Shown here: piece after piece, positions 1-11,294 of the stretch
How positions within the stretch are numbered: position 1 is the stretch's first letter
Layout: each line of letters starts with the position of its first letter
Origin: Octopus sinensis
Lineage: Eukaryota
Assembly (NCBI RefSeq): GCF_006345805.1
Contig: NC_043015.1
Span: 4,340,001 to 4,404,000 of the forward strand
Length of the DNA stretch: 64,000 nucleotides
Direction of reading: 5' to 3'
Made by a program: the position numbers and the translations under genes
Notes under the pieces: model-generated
The model's database searches: none
What the model saw: the letters and a program-made list of their open reading frames with translations, nothing else
Told to the model about the DNA's origin: nothing

Positions 1-54
1 AACAATAACAATAATAATGATAGTCTTTTCTAATCTAGGCATAATACCCGAAAT

Positions 55-222
55 TTAGGGTAAGGGGGCCAGTTTGATTTGATCGACCCCAATACTTAAT
101 TTATCGATGTGGAAAGTATGAAATACAAAGTCGACCTCGGTGGAAATTGAACAGTGAATGTAAAGACAAACGAAATGCCACTAAGTATTTCACCCGGCAA
201 GCTAACGTTTCTGCAAGCACGC
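55..222 (-). mobile_element. Degenerate tRNA-derived SINE, family A
   Basis: Reverse complement resembles the copies at 1142 and 6273 (AAAGTCGACCTCGG...CTAAGTATTTCACCCGGC..GCTAACGTTTCTGC). Confidence 0.6.
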
Positions 223-229
223 ATCCTTA

Positions 230-259
230 TAATGATAAGAAATGATGATTATGATGATA

Positions 260-316
<57 letters not shown>

Positions 317-470
317 CAAATAATAATAATAATAAGAATAAGAATGTTGATGATGATGATGATGACGACGACGACGATGACGATGACGATGATGATGATG
401 GTGGGGAGGATTATGATGATGGTGGTGGTGATGATGATGTTGATGATGATGATGATGTTGATGATTATGA
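230..470. repeat. Compound trinucleotide microsatellite (AAT)n/(GAT)n/(GAC)n/(GGT)n
   Basis: Directly visible; explains the poly-I/D/M ORFs at 154-573. Confidence 0.95.
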
Positions 471-1040
471 TAACACAGCTGAGAGCGACAGATGCAGAAT
501 GTGTTGTGAGAGGCGTAAAACGGCGTGGCACATTCTTAATGAACGCCCGAAATTGGCACACTGCGTGACATGATAATGTGGCAAGGATGATCCATAAGAA
601 GCTCTGTGGAAATCACGGCCTTCAAAGAGCAAAGATAGGGTACGACAAAATCCCAGCATTTACTGATAATGAAGACTGCGAAATAATGTGAGATACAATG
701 TTCCAGTGTGACCATCAGATCCCACACTAGAGACCTCTATTGTTTTGGTGAACGCAAAAGAAAACAGGCTGCTTTTTAATCGACACAGCATGTCCCGCTG
801 ACAACAGGAGCAAAAAGGAAAACGAAAAGAAAGTGTGCAACTATGACGATTTGAAGTCAGAAATAGGCTGGTTGTAGCCAATGTAGCGAGTGGACGTGAT
901 AACAATAGTAATTAGAACGCTTGGAATTATGAGAAATCCAGATGCAACGTGGCTGAAAATGATTGGTGCAAATGTAATTATAGAACACCTACCAATATCC
1001 GCAGGGACTTTGAAGAATGATCGCATTAAATATGAATAAT
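470..1040 (+). mobile_element. 5'-truncated, decayed R4/Dong-like non-LTR retrotransposon (CCHC finger plus restriction-like endonuclease)
   Basis: Across frameshifts it reads CRMCCERRKTAWHILNERPKLA..HDNVARMIHKKLC..ENEDCEIM*DTMFQCDHQIPH*RP..LIDTACPAD..NYDDLKSEI..VITIVIRTLG. This is the C-terminal RHD / RPD..D / PIVIGALG pattern of RLE-type elements. Confidence 0.8.
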
Positions 1041-1141
1041 ATCGCGCAGGTACTGAGGTGGTAGCATTAGGTTTAAATATTCGGAATCAAAATGGAAATA
1101 CGATGCAGTTAGTTTTCATACAAGACAACTCCCTGGTATAC

Positions 1142-1364
1142 AGCTGGCAGAAACGTTAGCACGCCGGGCGAAATGCTTAGCTGTATTTCGTCTGCGTTAC
1201 GTTGTGAGTTCAAATTCCGCTGAGGTCGACTTTGCCTTTCATCCTTTCGGGGTCGATAAATTAAGTACCAGTTACGCACTGGGGTCGATGTAATCGACTT
1301 AATACCTATGTCTGTCCTTGTTTGTCCCTTCTATGTTTAGCCCCTTGTGGGTAATAAAGAAATA
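1142..1364 (+). mobile_element. tRNA-derived SINE family A, slightly 5'-truncated
   Basis: B-box-like GAGTTCAAATTCC; near-identical to 6273-6502; direct repeat GGTATAC at 1135-1141 and 1365-1371. Confidence 0.9.
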
Positions 1365-1890
1365 GGTATACGCTGAGAGTGATTTCTAAGTGATCCGATA
1401 ACATTTCTCATAAAAGTAAAGGCACCACAGAAAGATGCCTCATACACTACCCGGATTACGAGTATGAAACAAAAGCGTATACCTAAAATTTAGAGTACGA
1501 AAATATATCAGACATGCCGTGTGACGTTTGTTTATATGTAAAACTAAAATAGTGTTTAATAGTAGACACATTAGACAACTTCACTGATACCCAGCATGTA
1601 GACTCTAAGTAACTATTCTACACTATTTCCATTGTTACACTAATAAAGCTGTAGTAAACAAAGGCAAAATCAAGAAAAAACATCATTCCGTGATTTTTTC
1701 TGCATAACATTTACTGCCCATAAAACATTGCTTCGCTTCATAAACTGTATATGTAAAGTATTTTTTTTCATGCTAATGATTTAGTAAATGGAATGAAATA
1801 ATAATATACAAAACTATTAGTGTGCCAACATTAAGAATATCGTAATAATTTAACAGCTGAAACTTCTCATTTCAATTTTAAAATTCTTAC

Positions 1891-2054
1891 GTAGCTGTGT
1901 GGTAAGAAGGTTGCTTCTCAACCACATGATTTCGGTTTTAGTTCCACCTTTGGAATGACATCTTGTGCATGTGTCTTCTACTATAGACTTGGGCAAACCA
2001 AAGCCTTGTGAGTATGTTTAATATTTGGTAAACGGAAACTGAAACAACCCTGTC

Positions 2055-2113
<59 letters not shown>

Positions 2114-2335
2114 TGTGCGCGTATGTGTATGTGTTTGTGTTTGAGCCTGTGTTTCTCCCTCCGCCATCGCTTGACAACCGATATTGTTGTGTTTACGTCG
2201 CCATCACCCCAAATGAACCTGATAGAATAAGTGCCAGACTTACAAAGAATATGTCCAGGGGTCAATTTCTTCGACTAAAATGCGCTGCTCTAGCATGGCC
2301 ACAGTCAAAATGACTGAAAGCAGTAAAACGAAAAA
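1891..2335 (+). mobile_element. tRNA-derived SINE family B (internal TA/TG microsatellite)
   Basis: Head GCTGTGTGGTAAG..AACCACATG, internal (TA)n(TG)n, tail AGCATGGCCACAGTCAAAATGACTGAAA; homologous to 35488-35973. Confidence 0.85.
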
Positions 2336-2476
2336 AAAATTGAATCATAAAGAAATTACTATTACCGTAGTAAAAGTACTCCCTCTTGTGAAGAATGTTC
2401 GTAATCTTCAACACAAACGTTTCATTGAAATACGGAGTACTTTATAACATTGATTTCAAGGCCAGGTATTACGTGC

Positions 2477-2873
2477 TACTCTTTTACTCTTTTACTTGTT
2501 TCAGTTATTTGACTGCGCCCATGCTGGAGCACCGCCTTTAGTCGAGCAAATCGACCCCGGGACTTATTCTTTGTAAGCCCAGTACATATTCTATCGGTCT
2601 CTTTTGCTAAACTGCTAAGTGATGGGGACGTAAACACACCAGCATCGGTTGTCAAGCTAGGCTAGGGGGACAAACACAGACACACAAACATATACACACA
2701 CACTTATATATATATATATATATACATATATACGAAAGGCTTCTTTCAGTTTTTGTCTACCAAATCCACTCACAAGGCATTGGTCGGCCCGGGGCTATAG
2801 CAGAAGACACTAGCCCAAGATGCCACGCAGTGGGACTGAACTCGGAACCATGTGGTTGGTTAGCAAGCTACTT
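2477..2873 (-). mobile_element. SINE family B, body and 3' part; its head continues at 5113-5148
   Basis: Reverse complement of 35488-35973, interrupted in the tRNA-like head by the 2874-5112 insertion. Confidence 0.9.
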
Positions 2874-5112
2874 TATTTGAATACATTTGCCATAAAGGCA
2901 GTACACAGATTAAGTTAGCTTTGCCGGCTGGACGAGGACATTAATGACGTGAATGATAATGAAAGAAAGATGATAAGGATGGGAGAAGACAGAAAGCGCC
3001 CGCCGACTTTTGCTTCTCTAAAACATTGTTCTTTTTAAAAAAGATAAACACAAAACGAGGTATAAAACCTCTTACAATTTTTCCAATTTTTGGGCTTAGC
3101 AGTCCATTATTAATACAAAACGAGGTATTAATCCTCTTACAATTTTTCAATTTTTGGACTTAAGTCCATTACATATCGTCCTCGAAATAGCTTGTGCCCG
3201 CGCCCTCCACCATCAACCACGCCTCCCTCAGAACGTAGTCAAGTTCCGAGTTCGCGTCGCCCGGGACCAAGTTATAGCTTCATTGAGCTCCTTTAGCCCT
3301 AGCGTCACGTCGAACGCCACGCCCTCCACAGCTACCTGCGGAGGCCATTCGGGGTCCTGTTTGAAGGCTAAAGGTGCTCCCTTGTAGTGCTCTTCCATCA
3401 CTTTTTCAATTTCTCCTCCTCTATAGAAGAGGACCAATACAATCAGTTCTTTCGTTGGCGGCACAGTTTCCGCGAACGGTATTCCTTCTCTTGTCGGTGG
3501 CACAACCCCAACCGACGTAGTTCCGCGACATTCCGGTGCTACACTGACAGCCGGTAATGTCCCGTTTTTCTTCCTCTTTTTCTTTTTTTTTCCCTTTTCA
3601 ACTGAGGGAGGGTGCGTCTCCTCCGTGGCTGGAAGATTCGCCTTCCTCTCCTCATCCCTATTATCCTTTGGTGAGCACCCATTGTTGCTCACCTTCCTCT
3701 TTCGGCCTCTGTTTCAGGAGTCCTCTGCTCTCTCGGCCGTTATCGTTCCCTCTTCTAGAGGGGTTTTACTTAACTGTTCCGGGATCCTATTTTGTTCCCG
3801 AGGACAGTTCTTCTTTATGTGGCCGGACTCCAAGCACCGATGACACTTTGGGGGGCGACCCTCAAGCATCACCGGGTACCTGCACCCGGCCATTTTCAAA
3901 AAATCTGAAAGAACCAGATTGGCTGATTGGGTCCACAGGGTCAAAATTGCTTTCGACCCAACCCAAGCAGCCGCAGGAAGAACTTTTACATTGAGGAGCT
4001 TAGTTTCGCTGTCACCCAGATCCCGGCGGATAGTCTCCTCTATCCACTCGGGTTCTATGTCGGGTGGCAGTCCGCAGATCCAAGCTTTCATCAATTTCTT
4101 TTTTTTTGTACGTGGGCAGGAATAAGATTTCCTTACCCTCCAAGGGTTTGCTAGCAAATTTGCAAGCCTCTTCAGGGGTGTCAAACAGCAACCACACCGT
4201 TGCATATTTGACACCTCTGGAAATGAATTTAATTGTTGGCAAATACTCTTCGAACTCCTCCTCAATTGCCGTCTTTTCGAATAGGGCGATGGTGTCAAGT
4301 GCCTTGGAGTAGGTTCTCAACACCACCGTCCTATCTTCACGGTCTTTTAACCACTTTTTGGGTGGTATGATTTCCCACTCCAAAATTTTGTTATTTTTCA
4401 TTGCCATGTTTTTTTTTAAATATATTCAAATTAAACTCAAAAGCAGGAAGAAAAATGTTCAACAGTCTAAATAAAATTTGATAGATTTTTGAAAAAACAA
4501 AAAGGAGAAAGCACAACAGAAGGGAAGAAATTAACGGAAAGTCGCAATAAAGAAAAAAACAAAAGGGGGTGGTGGTTAAATGAAGTTCAAAAGAAAGTTA
4601 ATAAACAGAAAAAACACAGCAAAAATATTCTGGCCTTGCGGTACTCCCGGCCTGGGTTGAACCTGGAACGCTGCAACTGCAACACAACCTCCACAAAAAT
4701 GGGTCCGAAAGGTAATCCAATAGTGGCTTATTTTTATACTTTTCTTGCGAAGTACTCTGACAAGGGAATAAATTCAGCAAACTCAAACACAGCACTGGCT
4801 ACTGCCAACGGTAATTTTAACAGTAACTGTATTGAATTCTGAGTATACGCCCCTCCACTGTTTTTCTTTTCTTTTTTTTTTTTCAATGAACACAAAAACG
4901 GCAGCCGCCTAGCGCAGGCGAAATTGTCTCAGAGTTGGACACAACCTACTGAAATAATAATTGGCACGCAATAAATTATGCCCAACTCACAATAAACAAA
5001 ATCACTTACCTCGACAACTTTCCGTTTTTGGTCTTTTTTCTTTAGTTGGACAGAGCTTGTTACTCACGTCCACTCTAGCTCAACAAGAAGCAACCGACTA
5101 ACTGCGCATGCC
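2874..5112 (-). mobile_element. ORF1-only (HAL1-like) non-autonomous non-LTR retrotransposon
   Basis: 17-bp TSD TGGTTAGCAAGCT(A/G)CTT at 2857-2873 and 5113-5129; ~700-nt 5' UTR; single disrupted ORF with a CCHC knuckle; ~350-nt 3' UTR ending in AATAAA; no EN or RT motif seen. Confidence 0.8.
3228..4407 (-). pseudogene. L1/Tx1-type ORF1 (Gag-like) protein, ~392 aa when repaired
   Basis: ORFs 4407-4012, 4298-3714 and 3692-3228 join via one extra base in the T9 run at 4099-4107 and one in-frame TGA at 3714-3716. Contains LEGRPPKCHRCLESGHIKKNCP (CX2CX4HX4C) and a basic KKKKKRKK tract. Confidence 0.8.
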
Positions 5113-5189
5113 TGGTTAGCAAGCTGCTTACCACACAGGTACTCCTGTCCCTGTTAAGGTGTAAGCTTATTACATCAACTCCAAATCTC

Positions 5190-5312
5190 AAATGGAACTT
5201 ATTTTTATCGACCCCAAAGAAATATCAGGCAAAGTTGACCTCGCTAGAATCAACTTTGACGGAATACGGTTAAGCATTTCTCCTGGTGTACTGACGATTC
5301 TCTCAGGGCGCT
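5190..5312 (-). mobile_element. Degenerate SINE family A fragment
   Basis: TTTATCGACCCC..GGCAAAGTTGACCTCG..TAAGCATTTC. Confidence 0.6.
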
Positions 5313-5388
5313 ACTCATTGTACTTGAGAATATTAAGCGGCTATTGTATTTGGATATGTGCTGTGTATGTACTATTCATACATATTTT

Positions 5389-5773
5389 GGAGGCGCAATG
5401 ACCCAGTGGTTAGGGCAGCGGACTCGCGGTCATAGGATCGCGGTTTCGATTCCCAGACTGGGCGTTGTGAGTGTTTATTGAGCGAAAACACCTAAAAGCT
5501 CCACGACGCTCCGGCAGGGGATGGTCGTGATCCCTGCTGTACTTTTTCACCACAACTTTCTCTCACTCTTACTTCCTGTTTCTGTTGTACCTGTAATTCA
5601 AGGGGCCGGCCTTGTCACTCTCTGTGTCACGCTGAATATCCCCGAGAACTACGTTAAGGGTGCACGTGCCTGTGGAGTGCTCAGCCACTTACACATTAAT
5701 TTCACGAGCAGGCTGTTCCGTTGATTCGGATCAACCGGAACCCTCATCGTCGTAACCGACGGAGTGCTTCCAA
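5389..5773 (+). mobile_element. Full-length tRNA-derived SINE family C
   Basis: A-box-like TGACCCAGTGGTTAGG, B-box-like GGTTTCGATTCCC; 12-bp TSD CATACATATTTT at 5377-5388 and 5774-5785; second copy at 36971-37353. Confidence 0.92.
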
Positions 5774-6189
5774 CATACATATTTTAAAAACTCGCACATC
5801 ACAGCTGATATAACATTGATAGTTACTAGTTTCACACATGATTGTACTTCGTAGTTAAATCTCGATAACATATTGGTTTTGTACCTATGACGCAGAATGC
5901 TTATATCATCAAATCACTTGGAATTAACGATTCTGTTAATAATGATATTATGTTTCAGTTTTTGCGATACTTATAACTTTCGTGATTGAATGGATGTTAT
6001 TACATTCTGGGATTCGCGTTTAGAAACTTATTAGCCGTCGAAAAGATTATGCTGGTACATAGCATTGTAATTTTCTTTCAAACACTATTGTTAATTTGAT
6101 TAATGTGTACTCTGCCTTTATAAAAGCACACTTTGAATGATATGAGTGGAAATTTCTCATATATTTTCTGTTACTACTATAGGTAGTAT

Positions 6190-6758
6190 GGAGGCGCAAT
6201 AGGTCCAGTGGTTAGGTCAGCGGACTCGCGGTCGTAGGATCGCGGTTTCGATTCCCAGACCGGGAATCGAAAGGCGGCGAGCTGGCAGAAACGTTAGCAC
6301 GCCGGGCGAAATACTTAGCGGTATTTCGTCTGCGTTACGTTGTGAGTTCAAATTCCACCGAGGTCGACTTTGCCTTTCATCATTTCGGGGTCGATAATTT
6401 AAGTACCAGTTACACACTGGGGTCGATGTAATCGACTTAATACCTATGTCTGTCCTTGTTTGTTCCCTCTGTGTTTAGCCCCTTGTGGGTAATAAAGAAA
6501 TAGGTTTCGATTCCCAGACCGGGCATTGTGAGTGTTTATTGAGCGAAAACACCTAAAGCTCCACGAGGCTTCGGCAGGGAGTGGTGGCGATCCCTGCTGT
6601 ACTCTTTCGCCACAACTTTCTTTCAATCTTTCTTCTGTTGGCTTGCTCGCTTAGCCTGCAGGTTGGCGTCATTTGAAGGCTAATACAATCTGAAGCGCAT
6701 TGTGACCAGCGATTTGTAGCAACATCTGATAGTCTGGTCGGTCATGGTGATCACAGTG
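6190..6758 (+). mobile_element. SINE with family-C head but a different 3' tail (C'), interrupted by a family-A SINE
   Basis: Same head as 5389 up to CACAACTTTCT, then an unrelated tail; 13-bp TSD ACTATA(G/T)GTAGTA at 6176-6188 and 6759-6771. Confidence 0.88.
6273..6502 (+). mobile_element. Full-length SINE family A nested in the B box of SINE C'
   Basis: 21-bp duplication GGTTTCGATTCCCAGACCGGG at 6244-6264 and 6503-6523. Confidence 0.92.
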
Positions 6759-7548
6759 ACTATATGTAGTAACAAAAAAAAAACCCACAAAAATTATAAA
6801 GTAAACGAAATGCCTATTTTACACGAGCATACTTAGATTTCTTTTTCTTTTGAAGGGAGAAAATATGATCGCATACATTATATTTTTACTTCTTTGTCTA
6901 TTATATTGAAATTATGTTGAATACTTTTCCGAGCAGTTCTGAGTATTTATGTCATTTGCTTCCTCTATGTTCAGTTTGATAATTTAGTTCATTTGATATC
7001 ATTTGCTGTTGGCGAGAGGAATTTCTACTTCAGATTTATCCGTAACACCTTTAGACAAATTTGGTTTCGTGTTGAATATTTGGTACTGAAGTAACCATTA
7101 TTCAGAATGACTTTAGAAAGTAATTCAACATAGCGTATTCATTTGCTGTTTGCAAATACTTTACGCATATACTTCCTAGTAATGTGAGAATGAATTAAAA
7201 GTATGCGAAAAGTTGAATTCTTTCAGTCATTATAATTTTGTTGCACATTTCACTTTTAATATTTATGAAATCAGCGTACAATTTCAACAGTAAATTATAA
7301 ACTGGAAACCCTATGCATGACCCTAGGCAACCGGGTGAGAGCCACTGACAAGCATTAACCAAATGTGAAATCACTGGTGATCTGGCTAGCTACCGGATGC
7401 TTTAGAGAGTAAGCCTTCCTTGTCAGCTGCAGAATAAGTTTTTTCTCGTGGATAAGAGTTGTTTTCATTTGCATTTCTAGCAATGCTGATCACTTTAGTC
7501 ACGACTAAACTTCTGACTTTTGGTTGTAAATTGCGAACTAGCCATCCT

Positions 7549-7703
7549 GGTGTGGCTGTGTGTTAAGTAGCTTACATACCAACCACATGGTTCAAGGCTC
7601 AATCCCACTGCGTGGCAACTTGTGCGAGTGTCTTCTACTATAATCTCGGGCCAATCAAAGCCATGTGAGTGGATTTAGAAGACGGAAACTGAAAGACGCA
7701 TAT

Positions 7704-7791
<88 letters not shown>

Positions 7792-8022
7792 TGTGCTTGT
7801 GTGTAAATGTGTGTATGTGTTTGTGTGTCTGCGTCTGTCCCCATAACATCGCTTGACAACTGAGTGTGGTTTGTTTACGTCCCCTTAGCGTAGCGTTGTG
7901 GCAACACACACCGAAAAAATAAGTACTAAGCTTACAAAGAATAAGGCTTTTGGTGTCGATATGCTAGACTAAAGACGATGCTCGAGCACGGCCGCAGTTA
8001 AATAAATGAAACAAGAAAAGAA
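7549..8022 (+). mobile_element. SINE family B
   Basis: Homologous head, internal (TA)n(TG)n and tail. Confidence 0.85.
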
Positions 8023-8288
8023 TATATATATATATATGAATAAATAGTGAAATATATATATGTATTTATATATGTGTATATACATGTCTATCCGTCAATG
8101 TATCTAACTATCTAAATATATAAATATGTCTGTGTGTGCGTGTGTGTATGTATGCATGTGTTTACACACACAGAGAGAACAACGTTCCTCCGAGTCCGGT
8201 CCTCTGCTTGGAACATTGGATAAAGGTCTTCTACTATAGCTTTGGGCGATAAAGTTTTCTGACTATAAATTTATGTTAAAAATGATAT

Positions 8289-8374
<86 letters not shown>
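8289..8374. repeat. (GATA)n microsatellite (others at ~11863-11903 and ~48746-48810)
   Basis: Directly visible. Confidence 0.95.
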
Positions 8375-8375
<1 letters not shown>

Positions 8376-9149
8376 TATGTGTCATTCTAATGCGCTAGTA
8401 GTTGAATAATGTTCATAATCCCGCACGTTACTCACACACAGCATCTTTCAAATTGAAAACTGTTAACATTCTTGAAAATGACTGGTCCTTAGCCACATTT
8501 TGCATAAAAAATTGGGATAAGGTCAGTAGAAAATAGTGTACATCAATATTTATAGCAACGTTATAGGTGAGTAAATAACGCCTCCAGACAAATTTAGATC
8601 TAAATAACCTTTTTGTATTAAAAGCAAAATATATTTATCTTAGCTTCAATAATAGACGAATGCCTGAGGAATTCCATAGTTTTGTTTCTATGCAACAAGA
8701 ATTTATATTAAAAAAATTGTGAGGTAAAATGTCATGAAAAAATGCAAAATACATTTGATGTAAGTATGATGAAATTTATATTTTAAAAACAACCTCTATT
8801 TTAATTAATCTAATGTGATAGAGCTCAATTCGACGAAAAGAAGTTTGAAAAAGAATTGATTATGAGTGATTGTTTCTCAAATTTGAAGGTGATAATATGG
8901 TTCTATACTTTTTTTTATAAAAATAGTTCTATAAGGGGATATGTGATATATGTCATCGGCATCATTGGGCTAAGGAAAACATAATCAACGACACCGCTAA
9001 CTGACACATTTGACGCATTAATCAGCATAACAGTCTGGGTAAAACAAGGACTACGTGGGAAAATGCGAGCAAGAGAAATAATAATCATAAGATTATAAAC
9101 CTGGAAAAGTACAGGGCAATTCATTACCCTTGGAAAATTTCAGGAAAAT

Positions 9150-10918
9150 TTATTACGTATGGTAAAGTAGAGATCACGAAATTTTGCTACATGCAGTCAA
9201 GCACGATGCATAGCACTCGTGGAAATTCATCTGAGGCCTGATATAGAGGATGCAGAAGTACACGTTCCAAAATATACTATACTGTGAACAGACATAAGAG
9301 GAATGAGCCATGGTGGTGTCGCTAAATACATCCATGATGAGTTTACACCCAAAGTTCTTCTTTCATACTCAAATTCAGTATTTCACACTCTAGTTGTATA
9401 TATAATACAACGCAATATAGTAATATGCAATACATATCGCCCACTGGATGCTACAAAGTACATAGACAAGGTTGAAGATTGCCTCACAAAAAAATTAAGA
9501 AATCCTCATGAAAATGGAACTTCACGTGTGTGTGTTTCTTATACGTGATTCAAATTCCCCAGTGTCAAATGATCCGATGAACTCATGCACTCAGGCATGA
9601 CTCACTGCAAGCAAGTACAGGTAGAGTCCATGCTCAACATCACCATTGCCGTGTTCATGCAGCAAATTCTGCCCTTATTAACCAAGGCGTATAAAACATT
9701 GGATCTCTGCTTCACAAACAATATTGACATCGTTCATAATGTGAAAATCACACCGATAATAGTTTCGGATGACAGCATAATAGAACTGTCTATGTATGGG
9801 TCAAAAGTAACCAGAGCCATACAGCCTAAAAGAAACAACTAAAATCTCTCCAAACTGAACTTACACAAAGCAAACTGGAAATCGATTTAAAAAGTAGATC
9901 CTCAGACAGGACTGACCGAAATATCATTCCACACCAGGCATTGGCATGAAACTTGAATATTCCATGTCCGTTATGAAATATGTCCCAGGGCACAAGGCCA
10001 ACACAAAACGGAACAAGATTCCAAGGGAGAGCAAGATCCTCATGAGACGAGGGATGATCATTGCAAATCGCTTCAACCAATATGCCGAACGTTGTGAAAG
10101 ATCCCACCTAAAAACAACACTAATGGAGTTTGAAAATAGCCTGCAGCATTCCTATGTGAAGGAGACATCAAACAAAGAAGCTTGGGTTATAGAAAACATC
10201 AAGTCAAATTCAAAGTACTCCTTTCGTTGCGACAAAGTAAAAGCTTCCGTACGCTGCAAAATATGACCCCACTTCCAGAAGGATGGCTCGCTCACAGATA
10301 CCCAACCAAGATCAGTGTGATACTATATGACCAGTTCAAAAGTGCCGTGACCACTCCAAAACAAATGAACGATCCAGTGGATTTCTTTGCTACGTCACCT
10401 AAAACCAGCGATGTAGTTAAATGGATTACATTTATTTTGGGGAAAGGATATAATACTTGCAATAGAAAACGAGGACACAAACTAAACTGCTGGCCCTGAT
10501 GGTTTCCGAACAATCCTCCTCAAATCGTGTAAACGTGTCGTGGCCAAATCACTACAGATGCTCTTCCAGAGTTGTCTAGCAATTGGCAAGATACCAGGCA
10601 AACTGAAAGGAAGAAATAAAGGAAGAAGCAGAGCAGATGCCAAAAATTATAGGCCTATTTCTCTGACTCCACACATCAGCAAAGTCTTGGAACGAAAATT
10701 CAGAAGGAAACTAATCACATTCCTTGAAGAAAACGACTTGCTGAGTTATACATAGAATTATTTTCGACCAGGTGGGAGCTGCCTGACCCAGCGCCTACAG
10801 TACTATGACTGGGTGTTGAGGCACTAAATGAACAAATCAGAGGGGTCTCTCAATAATAGCAGTGTAGCAAAACGGACGTACTCCAGTATAGCCAAATTTT
10901 TGAGCTGGAACAGCTAAA
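9150..10918 (+). mobile_element. Decayed CR1-group LINE ORF2 (APE endonuclease plus start of RT), internally deleted
   Basis: IALVEIHL..DAEV, HGGVAKYI, TYRP, TLDLCFTN..SD, AGPDG, NYRPISLTPHISKVLER, FRPGGSCLTQ, with many stops and frameshifts; homology stops at ~10830. Confidence 0.9.
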
Positions 10919-11000
10919 GTACATAAATATATATATATATAATATATATATAATATTAATTCGAGACAATTATTTTATATATATATATATATTATATATA

Positions 11001-11059
<59 letters not shown>

Positions 11060-11294
11060 TTATACATGTATATATTTATACATATAAGAAAAATAAGTTC
11101 AAATAGAACAATTGAAACTTTTTGAGGAATCTAAAAATAAAGAAAATAATTTCCAATAAATATTCATCATATTCATGAAAATCAGACAGAGCAAGTAGTA
11201 AGAATATGAAAATAACAATTGAAGCATTTATAGGTATAAAGATACCAGAAGTATAAAAATGGAGAAAAGATGTTAGAATCAAAATTGGATTTAA

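Noticed and set aside
154-573. 139-aa ORF with poly-Ile/Asn/Asp
   Set aside because: Chimaera of SINE, trinucleotide repeats and the start of the R4-like relic.
4489-4842. 117-aa Lys-rich + strand ORF
   Set aside because: Antisense to the T-rich 5' UTR of the ORF1-only element; compositional, with no motif.
5389-5465. tRNA-like sequence (also at other SINE heads)
   Set aside because: Continues into SINE body with TSDs; no proper acceptor stem, so not called as tRNA genes.
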